DNA of 64,000 nt from Macrostomum lignano (taxonomy: Eukaryota): positions 186,001 to 250,000 of the forward strand of contig NIVC01000031.1 in NCBI GenBank assembly GCA_002269645.1. Reading direction: 5' to 3'. This document shows positions 1-12,545 of the stretch, piece by piece. Within the stretch, counting starts at the first letter, position 1, and the number at the start of each line of letters is the position of its first letter. The notes beneath the pieces were generated by a model. That model searched no databases. It was not told the DNA's origin and saw only the letters and a program-made list of their open reading frames with translations. Position numbers and translations under genes: made by a program.

Positions 1-3000
1 TTACAGCTGAAAAGAGGGCCCGTGTGGCATCTGGAAGGGACGCGGCTAAATGAGTTAGTAGAAGTTAAAGATTTCTGGGGGCGATTGTCGAAGCGATTTT
101 CAGTTTAGTGGCAGCAATTGAATGGCTTTGAAACTTTCCTAAGCTGAGATCGATCAATGCGTCGAAATCTTTTTGAATTTTATATCTCCTAATATCTTAG
201 CTTTGACTGCCAGCAAGGAAGACTTCAGAAGCCGCGAATTCGCTTCAATTAAGCATGACACAATTACTCCTATTTTAGCTCAGCTGGAAATCAGTTAGAC
301 CCTGCGGCAATTATTTTGTTGTGTACTCTAAAATTCTAGTTTTAAGTGGCAAGTCTTTCAATCTAACATAGTATATACATAGACTTTTTGTTTCTCGCTG
401 AAAATAGTGACAGCGATCAGTGAACAGGAAATGCTCAAGAAAACAATGCCTAGAATTCTATTCTATTTTCTGTGGTGTGAACAGCGTAGTGTACCAAATT
501 CTGTACCTGGTCCAGTCTACATATGTACGGAAACATCTTTATAACACACGGAAGTAAACGTGTTAGACAGATACTACGTGTAGTGCATTTATTGCCTTAA
601 TTTTATGTTCAGCGCGCATCGGGGTCTTGATTAATGACGAGCTAGCGTTATTAGATACAGTTTCCACCTGAAAGTCCCAGGAAGTTCAGACATACATGTA
701 GAGCCAAGATTGGTCGCTCGCCCTCGTAGCCCTTTGGTAGCGGAGAAGCTGGCAGAGATTCTCGGGCCCAGGTAAGTGCAGAGTCTTCCGAGTAAAGTTG
801 AGGTGCAGTCAGTCACGCACAAGTGTTAGCTGCATTCTCAACACAGCTAGTAGTTGCAGCGCTGGCAATGGATACCTCTCTGGAGGTAATCTCTTTGGAG
901 CTGAACTGCGTACCGTGGCGCTAGAATAATCGTGCTAACAACACCGATTTGCAACAAAATAATGTAGGAAATATAGGAATTCTTGGCCCTTGACATTCAT
1001 TGAACCCAAGGTAAAACTGCGCTATCAGTAAAGGCGTGACCTCTGGTATGCCTTAATTTGAATGCCATTTAGGCTTTAATGGTGCTCCATGTGTACAATG
1101 TGCCAGAGGTTGGATTTCACCGCCGACGGCGATGCACCATGACAAAAATTATGGCGGTTATTTCAACACTTGACGGCCTATCGGACTTCTTCGAGACATC
1201 ATTTGTGTTGTGTTCCTGTTAGTCCTGCATGGTACTTAACGGGGTGCTATGGAATGGAATGCTCTTCCAACCAACGAAGACCGTTGCGGAGGGTCTCGTC
1301 TGGACAAGCTGGTTGCTGCAGCGAGTTGTTAGCCTGAAGCTATAAGCCCCGCGGTATGCCAGACTCCACGGAGGCTGCGATTTAATGCCCATGGGCAATG
1401 ATGTACACGGGCGACACAATTTTCCCAATCTACAGTTCGTCTACATTTACCTCGAAGGTCTGATTCCCAACATCCGCGCAAGGATCCGCGGAGTCGCTGT
1501 GGGCTTATCTGAGTTGCATTCGTTTCGTGAGCACGGGGCATGCAGTCGTGAGGCGTTACTTCAGGTGATGGTTGAGATCGTCCCGATTCACAACACAATA
1601 AACGTCAAGTACGAGTAAGCTGCCATACAGGACAGATGGTGCATGAGGTGCAGGCAGCTCTCTTCTGCTCTCGAAAGTTTTGAAATTGTTTCGCTAGTCC
1701 GTACAAGAAGGATCGTACTTTACTAAGTGTAAATATACGCTCCTATAATATTCAATAGGTAACTATTAAGCATGGTCTAGGCTAAATCGATATGCAGATC
1801 CTAAGTGCCTATAATAGACTATCTACAATATCCACAGTTCGATCTGCAGCTGTTGTGAAAGGCTCAGAAATGCCAGCTTAACTGGAAAGAAAAATGGATA
1901 TAAAAATATTTAATATTTAAAGAAATTTTATAGAAATGAAAAACATTTTTTTACAAACTATATAGTCTCTATAAGCTTTTGAATGCGACGAAATTGCCAA
2001 ATCAGCAGCTCTGCGAGTGTAGCGGTGAAAAAAGCTTTTAATTGCATAGACCTATGTTATTAAGTTACAAGATAATTTTTTTTATTACAATTACCAGTGC
2101 CTTTTTTATCCGTTCAAATTAAACCCGTAAAAAATAACGGTATGAATGGCGTTGACATAAAACAAATATTAATATTAATAGATTTATTAAAATAGCAATT
2201 AAGGCATTGCAATAACAAGGGTTAGCGGGCTTTAGTTGTACATTAAAATACGACTGTATCAAAGGAAACAAAAATATATTTTTTATGCTGAGTTTACACT
2301 TTCTGTTAATTTAACTAGGGAGTGGATTAAAACAAAAAAAACTGCACAAGGAGGTTTGAAGCAGAGTTCCAGGGTGGAGGAGCATTATAAAATTAAAGAA
2401 GCCAAACGAAGCGGAGAGCGGAGTTGTACCAAAAGCAACAAAAACAGTGACCAGTGCGTGTCCGGGTCATTGAAAAAACGGTAAGTCAACGAAGATTACT
2501 CTTACAAAAATTATAACAAAAAATTGAATTTCTCTTGGATTTTATAATCAATTATTAATCCTATATAATCTTTAGTTCGTTTGTAATCGTACAAGCAAAA
2601 TATGAAGGTGAAAAAACGGTTGTAAAACACCACCACCATTTTCTGCTCTTTCCAAACTTGCTCGCTTCAACCGAGTGCATGCAATCAGAATTAGAGATTC
2701 AAAATAAATTACAAATAAAGGACACGATGCACTTCGAAAAAGGCATAAGTCCCTGTAAAACAAGAAAATAATACTATAAGGTTAAGGCGAAATGGTTAGT
2801 GTTAGTTGAAAAATCTACACAAACTTTGACGAATAGATTTAAAGAGTTACATTAATAATGTTTGACTATTTTTAGCGCAGATATGAGCTTACTTAATATG
2901 CAATAAATACTAACAATTTGATAGTTCATAGCAAGTTCTAACACTCAACATATTGGCTAACTTTGCTCGCGCTAAATACGTAAGCTATACTTGACCGCCA

Positions 3001-3179
3001 CGAACAATAATACGCGTACGTGTTTCCAATAATAGCGTTATTAATGATAATACAAGCTAAAAAAGAAAACAGGCTTTATACATTGCAGGAAAAAAGCAAG
3101 TTAAGTTAGTTATAAACGAAAATGTTTAAGCAGAACCGTTGGGTTTAAATATAATTTGTTTGTCTGATATCCAATCAAA

Positions 3180-3323
3180 TCACACCGGCCGAACAATGCC
3201 GTTGATATTTGTTCGTTTCAGACGATCGATAACTCGAATTAGGGACACATTGTCCGCTCGAAGTTTGCTGTTCTCAAGGCGGAGACGAGAGTTTTCCACC
3301 TCGGCTGATGCTGCGGTTGCCAA
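3180..3323 (-). CDS. PPP1R12A: MYPT alternative terminal exon B, second leucine zipper (LATAASAEVENSRLRLENSKLRADNVSLIRVIDRLKRTNINGIVRPV*)
   Basis: ATATTTTAG acceptor, phase 0, heptad L14/L21/L28/L35 with Asn at a positions, LIRVI motif as in vertebrate MYPT1, TGA stop. Confidence 0.8.
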   Translation of the reverse strand: MATAASAEVENSRLRLENSKLRADNVSLIRVIDRLKRTNINGIVRPV

Positions 3324-4707
3324 CTAAAATATGTGATATTAAATATCTGTATGTAGATAACAAACTGAAATTTATAAATGCTTATTAAATCATTAAACCG
3401 TGGATAGGTAGCAACTTGATAAGCAAAAAATGCAAGCTTTGGATTTTTAGATTTACTTTTATTTTTTTATTTTCAAGTTCCGATAAATAAAATATCAAAT
3501 CAAGTTATTCAACTATTTGAATAATTTAACGATTTAATGGTTTATAGTTAAAATTAATAGTACAAAAAATTATTGAAAAAAAACTGTTCGCGAAAATTCT
3601 AACTAGATTACGTATTAATAACAATAATCTTGAAATATTAAGAATCACTCATTTAATATAATATATATAATAATATAATTGTTTCATATTTAAACTGCAT
3701 CTATAGTTTTATATAATGTATAAAAATATTCAAATATTAGCATATTTAGATAATGATGAAGAAATGATGGAAAATTATAATTATTTTCTATCATTATGAT
3801 TTATTCATGCAATGCCAATTATTGGTTGAAAATGAAGGGTCAACTATAAAACTGAAAATCATGTTGTATACGATAAAATTTTGAATATATAATTTATTAT
3901 ATATGCATAAATGTCACCACAAATCACTAACAAAACTACTAATTATCAGTATGAAGCAATACTGCAAAATTGCATTCCATTTCCAACTAACAAAACATAC
4001 TTGCATGCGAAAACGCTGCTTACTACTTAAACGAGTAGCCTAGTCGAGCCGACTTGAATTGCTCCGTTTTCGATTGCCGAATAAGCGAAATTTTCTTTTC
4101 TTATAACTATTTTAATTAGTTTGATTCAATCAAGAGAAAGAACTATGAATTGAAGATTGTACCAGAGCGAGAATGAAGAATGAAGAATTATCTATGAAAA
4201 TTATTTGATAAAACTTCTGGCCACCAATTGCTGATAGATTTGAGTTGGTCAGAAAAGCAGACACTAAAAAAAGAATAAACGAACTGGAGCAAAAAGACTC
4301 AGACGAAACTGTGAATACAAAGAGTTGAAAGCGGGCAACAGAAAAAGAGTCCTTGTGCATCCTTAATTATCGATTTTATTGCCGCGATAGCCGAGCCACC
4401 ACTCGAGCTAAGGCTCGGTTCTCAGCTTTGAGTTTCTCGTTCTCTCTCATGACCTGCTCCAGCGACTGCGGATCGGGGCGGTGCGTTAAGGCAGTGGGGT
4501 TCGGGCGTGGGTGGCCTGGCCTTAACTTTTAATAACAATGTACACGTAAATATAACCGTGCGACGTTTGTACGTTTCAAAATTAGTGACAATAGCTACGT
4601 GTGTTAGGAACAGTTAGACAAGTATAGCAACAAAAAGCATAATGGTAACGGACATATATTATACTGCCAAATCGGACAGATCAGCATCAAAGCATAGATA
4701 GACAGCC

Positions 4708-4743
<36 letters not shown>

Positions 4744-4891
4744 GGACGGACAGACAGGCAAGCAGACAGACAGACAGACAGACAGGCAAGCAGGCAGACA
4801 GACAGAGACAGACAAACAGACAGGCAAGCAGGCAGACAGACAGACAGACAGACAGACAGAGACAGACAGACAGACAGGCAAGCAGGCAGAC

Positions 4892-4968
<77 letters not shown>

Positions 4969-5023
4969 GGCAAGCAGGCAGACAGAGAGACAGACAGACA
5001 GACAGACAGGCAAGCAGGCAGAC

Positions 5024-5054
<31 letters not shown>

Positions 5055-5071
5055 GGGACAGACAGACAGAA

Positions 5072-5135
<64 letters not shown>

Positions 5136-5183
5136 GACATAAACGCGGAACGCACACAGACAGACGGACAGACAGGCAGACAT

Positions 5184-5276
<93 letters not shown>

Positions 5277-5411
5277 GGCAAGCAGGCAGACAGAGAGACA
5301 GACAGACAGACAGACAGGCAAGCAGGCAGACAGAGAGACAGACAGACAGACAGACAGGCAAGCAGGCAGACAGAGAGACAGACAGACAGACAGACAGGCA
5401 AGCAGGCAGAC

Positions 5412-5471
<60 letters not shown>

Positions 5472-5491
5472 GACATAAACGCGGAACGCAC

Positions 5492-5529
<38 letters not shown>

Positions 5530-8500
5530 GACATAAACGCGGAACGCACACAGACAGACGGACAGACAGGCAGACATACAGACAGACAGACAGACAGACA
5601 GGCAGACAGACAGACAGACAGCTAGCTGGCACTCACCCTGTTCTGAGCCTCATACTCGGACAGCCGTCTATCCACTTGCCGTTGCTCGCTCGACTGCCGC
5701 TTCAGCTGCTCATTCTCCTCCCGCAGGCGGCCATTCTCAGCATTCAACCGTTCGTTAGCGGCTTTCTCTTTCTCATAGAGTCGCTTGTAATCTAAATCAG
5801 ACGATGACGGCGAGGAGGCTGAAGATGAAGACGCGGTTGCGCCGTAGGCGGAGCCGTGATAGGACCCGGGCCGGGAGCGGGACAGGCCGGAGTGGCCTGT
5901 GTCGGCGATGGCCTGTGAGCTGCCTCTGCCTGAGTCGGACTGGGAGGTCAAGGGTGATTCGAACTCAAATTTAACTAGAAGAAAGTTAGCAATCGTTTTA
6001 TTTAAGTTGAATACAGCTGGGTCTTGGATAGGGGGTTGTACGAGCGTAGCCTGGTGGTTAGAGTGTCTGGGGTTCGATTCTCGACCGATTCGGAACAATT
6101 TGTGTCCTTGAGCAAGGCCCTTAGCCCTGCATTGCTTCAGTTCACCCATCTGTAAAATGGGTGCCAGCATTAGCTGGGGTAATTGAGGGTGTGTGTGGCG
6201 ACCCCCCCAGTCCTTGGACTGAACCTTCAGATGCGCCGCGCAATAGCTGCGGCTGAGCTGTCGGTTGCACATCTGGCCATTAGGGCAGGTGTAATCAATT
6301 ATTATTTATTATTAGGGGAAGAGCAGAGAAGCTGAGTCCAACATTGAATTGGGTCTTTTGTGCCCAAAAAATCCACCCGAGGGTTGTCATGCGATTCAGG
6401 TATATTCAGGCCTAACGATTAGAAAGTCAGGTATATGCTGAGGAGTCTGCTGAGGAGTCAGCGGAATGGGACCGCAGAATTGCCCCAGCCCTCCTGTGAA
6501 TAGTTAGCTGCTATGATCTACTTCATGTATAGATACTGCCAAAGTGAATGTCAAAGATAAGAGAGATTGAAAAAAAAATTAGATTGTTTGTACAGTTACA
6601 TACCCGGCTGTTTTTTGGGCACTTAAGTGGCTTGAAGTGGCTTATTAGAGTGCTTTTCGAGTGGCGTTTCGAATGCCATAAACACTTAGAGTATATTCTG
6701 CTATTGTAGGAATTGAAATCTTTATATAAATTAAATATCCCCTATGGATTGGATTTATAGGAATTAAATACCCCTTGATGGTGAATTCAGAGGAATTGAA
6801 TACCCCTTGATGGTGAGTTCAGAGGAACTGAATACTCCTTGATGGTGAGTTCAGAGGAACTGAATACCCCTTGATGGTGAGTTCAGAGGAATTGAATACC
6901 CCTTGATGGTGAGTTCAGAGGAACTGAATACCCCTTGATGGCGATTTCAGAGGAATTAAATACCCCTTGATGGTGAGTTCAGAGGAATTAAATACCCCTT
7001 GATGGTGAGTTCAGAGGAATTAAATACCCCTTGATGGTGAGTTTAGAGGAATTGAATACCCCTTGATGGTGAGTTCAGAGGAATTGAATACCTCTTGATG
7101 GTGAGTTCAGAGGAATTGAATACCCCTTGATGGTGAGTTCAGAGGAATTAAATACCCCTTGATGGCGATTTCCTATTGAATACCCTTTGATTGTGAGTTC
7201 AGAGGAACTGAATACCCCTTGATGGTGAGTTCAGAGGAATTAAATACCCCTTGATGGCGATTTCCTATTGAATACCCTTTGATTGTGAGTTCAGAGGAAT
7301 TGAATACCCCTTGATGGTGAGTTCAGAGGAATTAAATACCCCTTGATGGCGATTTCCTATTGAATACCCTTTGATGGTGAGTTCAGAGGAATCAAATACC
7401 CCTTGATTGTGGGTTAAGAGGAATTGAATACCCCTTGATAGTGATTTCAGAGGAACTGAATACCCCTTGATGGTGAGTACAGAGGAACTGAATACCCCTT
7501 GATGGTGAGTTCAGAGGAATCAAATACCCCTTGATTGTGGGTTAAGAGGAATTGAATACCCCTTGATAGTGATTTCAGAGGAACTGAATACCCCTTGATG
7601 GTGATTTCAGAGGTGGAGAACTGTCGGGGAAGTCCGCTCAACATGCCAGAGCACTCACAGAGTCCACAGAGTCAGAAGATTTAGCCAAATATCTCGAATG
7701 CTTTCTGGTTGACTGCGGTGTCAAATAAGACGCAGCAGCAGCAGAAGCAGCAGACGGTTGCTGACTAAACCCGGAACCCGCCGAACTCGAATGACGAAAC
7801 GAGCCACGGCGCGAGGCTGGCGCGCTGCCACCGAAACTGCTGGCGCCACTAGCGCTAGAGGCGCCGCTACTAATGCTTAACAGAGCGCCAAGAGGCCCAC
7901 CGTAGCAGACATTGCTGCCACCGGCAGAAGAAGACAGTGGCGAACCGGAGTGCACAGAACGAGGCGTTGAAGTGGCTCGAAACAGAGGCATTTCCTGTGG
8001 CTTCCAACCTTCTAGACTGTCTTCTGCTTTTAGGGTCTCTCTGTTTGTGTGTTGTACGAACCGAAACCAACCGAGCAAAGCAACGGGGGGGATTCCAACA
8101 AAGACAGTCAAGTTCAGAAGATTTATCCTTTATCCCAAGCTCTAAACCCCTAACCCTAGCATCTGGATGGTCAACCCCAATGCTGTAAAAAAAGCCAATG
8201 AAGCCGAGCCAGAATCCGGTTTTAGCAGATTGGTCCGCCGCCCATACAGTCCTGCAGTTCGCTAATTCGCTTCCTTCCCCTACCTACAAGTCTGTCTGTA
8301 CCTCTGCCCCAACTTTCAAGCCAGAAAGAACAACACTGTTCGGTAATGTACACGCAAGTTCGAAATAAGGGCAGCCTTTTTCAGCAGCCTCAGGAGCTCC
8401 TCTTGATCGAAATGAAAGAGAAGAAAGTTAGGTGTGACCGAAATAAACGGGGTAGGGGGTTGGGAGGACGAAGATTAGAAAGAATCCTGAAAGCTGCCCT

Positions 8501-11262
8501 CTTTTTTTTCTTACCTGCGCTGGCAGAAGGTTACCCTGTAGAGTTACATTGAATTCTGTTAGACCAGCAAACCTCATCGGAGCTTTAATTAGCTGCAGAT
8601 GCTTGCCTAGCATTTCTGCTTTGGTTGAACATGCAGTCTTGTTTCTGACTGACTGACTGCCTGACTGACTGACTGACTGACTGACTGACTGACTGACTGA
8701 TTGACTGATTGACTGACTGACTGACTGACTGACTGACTGACTGACTGACTGACTGACTGACTGACTGACTGACTGACTGACTGACTGACTGACTGACTGA
8801 CTGACTGACTGACTGACTGACTGACTGACTGACTGACTGACTGACTGACTGACTGACTGACTGACTGACTGACTGACTGACTGACTGAATGACTGCCTGA
8901 CTGACTGACTGACTGACTGACTGACTGACTGACTGACTGACTGACTGACTGACTGACTGACTGACTGACTGACTGACTGACTGACTGACTGACTGACTGA
9001 CTGACTGACTGACTGACTGACTGAATGACTGACTGAATGACTGCCTGACTGACTGACTGACTGACTGACTGACTGACTGACTGACTGACTGACTGACTGA
9101 CTGACTGACTGACTGACTGACTGACTGACTGACTGGAGTGAGTGGGTGACTGACTGACTGAGAGACAGAAAAATTACATTTCAGTGTCCATCAGTCATTA
9201 AAAAACCTGCATGTCACTGATTGATGAGAACAGCGCTCAATCAAAAAAACAAACATCATACACGCTAGCAAATATGATGCCATCAAATAAAGCTCACCTG
9301 ATCCCCAGCAGTTGGCGGCAAGCCCATAGTAGCCTGTCGCCGATTAAAACGACTATACCGGCTACTGCTAGCACTACTGCCAGTAGTAGCAGTCCCTCTA
9401 CCAGCAGAATCATCATCTGTACTAGCGTTTGTCGACGCGGCGGGTACAGCAGAAGCCGAGGTGGAGGAATCTTCCAGTACAGCGGGCAGCGGCTGCTTCG
9501 AGGAGGCTCCAGTTACGCTGACTCCAGAGTCATTGCTGCTGTGATAGGAGGCTGCGGCATCTGAACTATTTGTCGAAGTGTCATTAGCCGCTGAAGCAGC
9601 CGCTTGTCGTTCTTCCACAAGTTTCTTCGCCTGCTCGACAACATCTTGTGCGACACCCTGCGTGGCTCGTTTTGTTGCCCGATTACGTCGCGAGATCCGA
9701 CGGCGTTCCGTCTCCGACTCTTCCACCTTCTCCTTCTCCATGATGGCCGACACGCGTCGATCCGAGGAGCCTCCGACGGCATCGACGGTCTTCTCGTTCG
9801 CTGGCTCCGGTTCGGCCACGATGCTGGGAACTGGGAGACGGTTGACGGCTTCGGGCTGCGGCTGGGGCTGCGGCTCCTGCACCTTTGGCGTCTTGTCAGT
9901 GTCCGTCTGTGGGTTGACAGGAGAGTCACACTGCTGTATGTCTGTGCTGTCATCACACTGCTGTACTGTCATCATCACACTGCTGTACTGCCATCACACT
10001 GCTGTACTGTCATCATCACACTGCTGTACTGTCATCATCACACTGCTGTACTGCCGACACACCGCTGTACTGTCATCACATTGCTGTACTGTCACAACAT
10101 TGCTGTACTGTCACAACATTGCTGTACTGTCACAGCTTTCTATCGAATCGCTCAATCCCAATATGGCACTTCTGAAAGACACGTTCACGCGAAAAAAGCA
10201 AACAACAAATTAATCTTCACTGCATGCATCTGCAGCTGAGCATGGCTTATTAATTAAAATCATGCGGAAAACTTTAAACAAATTTCACGATCTTTAACAC
10301 AGGTAAAAGTTCCTCTCCGATCCTTCAGTGACCCTCCCGATCATTCAGAGACTTTCTCCGATCTTTCAGTGACCCTCTCCGATCTTTCAGTGACCCTCCC
10401 TGATCTTTCAGTGACTCTCCGATCTTTCAGTGACCCTCCCCGATCGTTCAGTGACCCTCTCTCTAAACCTTCAGTGACCCTCTTCTGATCCTTCAGTGAC
10501 CCCCCTCCCAATCTTACAGTGAACCTCTTCTGATTCTTGAGTGACCTCCCCCGATCCTTTAGTGACCCTCTCAGATCCTTTAGTGACCTCCCCCGATCCT
10601 TTAGTGACCCTCTCAGATCCTTCAGTGACCTCTCCCGATCCTTTAGTGACCCTCTCAGATCCTTCAGTGACCTCCCCCGATCATTTAGTGACCTTCTCAG
10701 ATCCTTCAGTGACCTCCCCTGATCCTTCAGTGACCCTTCCCGATCTTTCAGTGACCCTCTCCCTGATCCTTCAGTGACTCTTCCCGATCCTTCAGTGACC
10801 CTCCCCGATCTTTCAGTGACCCTCCCCGATCATTCAGTGACCTCTCCCGATCTTTTAGTGACCCTCTCAGATCCTTCAGTGACCGAACAGTCTCACAACA
10901 GATAACGGCAGTGTCAAACCTTTCCGGCAGAGAAGTGCCTCTTCAACTGGCTAAAAGAACTGGCACCAGATTGGTCGGTAGACAGGATGACGGAGGCTGC
11001 CCGACCGTTGCCGCCGCTAATATTAAAATTTCTTCTACGAGTTTGAACGCCACTTGTTGCGCTGTTCTCTTGCCAACTTTCCATGCGTTTTAGCAGAGTC
11101 TGCGCAATATTAAATTAATAATTTAACTCATTCGGGTAAGTTGGGCACACAGCAAACCACATAAAATATTAGTACAAAAATGAGGGGCCAAGCTTGGGTC
11201 ATAGAAATGTTCAAAAACATCGTGCAAGGTTTCTGATCAAGGACCATAAAAAATTTCTGTTG

Positions 11263-11327
<65 letters not shown>

Positions 11328-11355
11328 GGCAGACAGACAGACAGACAGACAGAGG

Positions 11356-11399
<44 letters not shown>

Positions 11400-11423
11400 G
11401 GCAGACAGAAAGACAGACAGAGG

Positions 11424-11481
<58 letters not shown>

Positions 11482-11523
11482 AAGACAGAAAGACAGAAAG
11501 ACAGACAGAGAGACAGACAGAGG

Positions 11524-11565
<42 letters not shown>

Positions 11566-11651
11566 AAGACAGAAAGACAGACAGACAGACAGACAGAGGG
11601 ACAGACAGACAGAAAGACAGAAAGACAGACAGACAGACAGACAGACAGAGG

Positions 11652-11727
<76 letters not shown>

Positions 11728-11755
11728 GGCAGACAGACAGACAGACAGACAGAGG

Positions 11756-11795
<40 letters not shown>

Positions 11796-11819
11796 GGCAG
11801 ACAGAAAGACAGACAGAGG

Positions 11820-11873
<54 letters not shown>

Positions 11874-11938
11874 AAGACAGAAAGACAGAAAGACAGACAG
11901 AGAGACAGACAGAGGGACAGACAGACAGAAAGACAGAA

Positions 11939-11969
<31 letters not shown>

Positions 11970-11974
11970 GGGAC

Positions 11975-12029
<55 letters not shown>

Positions 12030-12053
12030 GGCAGACAGACAGACAGACAGAGG

Positions 12054-12103
<50 letters not shown>

Positions 12104-12168
12104 AAGACAGAAAGACAGAAAGACAGACAGACAGACAGACAGAGGGACAGACAGACAGAAAGACAGAA

Positions 12169-12199
<31 letters not shown>

Positions 12200-12201
12200 G
12201 G

Positions 12202-12295
<94 letters not shown>

Positions 12296-12297
12296 GG

Positions 12298-12351
<54 letters not shown>

Positions 12352-12437
12352 AAGACAGAAAGACAGACAGACAGACAGACAGAGGGACAGACAGACAGAA
12401 AGACAGAAAGACAGACAGACAGACAGACAGACAGAGG

Positions 12438-12485
<48 letters not shown>

Positions 12486-12492
12486 TGAAGGC

Positions 12493-12545
<53 letters not shown>

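Noticed and set aside
1347-1367. Reverse-transcriptase-like SGIPRG on the minus strand
   Set aside because: The frame has stops at about random frequency and no other RT motifs.
4604-5632. Long Cys-rich ORFs (CLSV repeats), and QTDR/CLSV ORFs at 11128-12603
   Set aside because: These are translations of (GACA)n, which has no stop in several frames; they lie in introns.
5940-6272. N-terminal MCNRQLSRSYCAAHLK extension of ORF 5622-6272, and similar ORFs at 13993, 49880 and 51809
   Set aside because: Antisense translation of the SINE. The real exon starts at the 5939 acceptor.
8143-8160. Telomere-like CTAAACCCCTAACCCTA
   Set aside because: Only 2-3 imperfect units.
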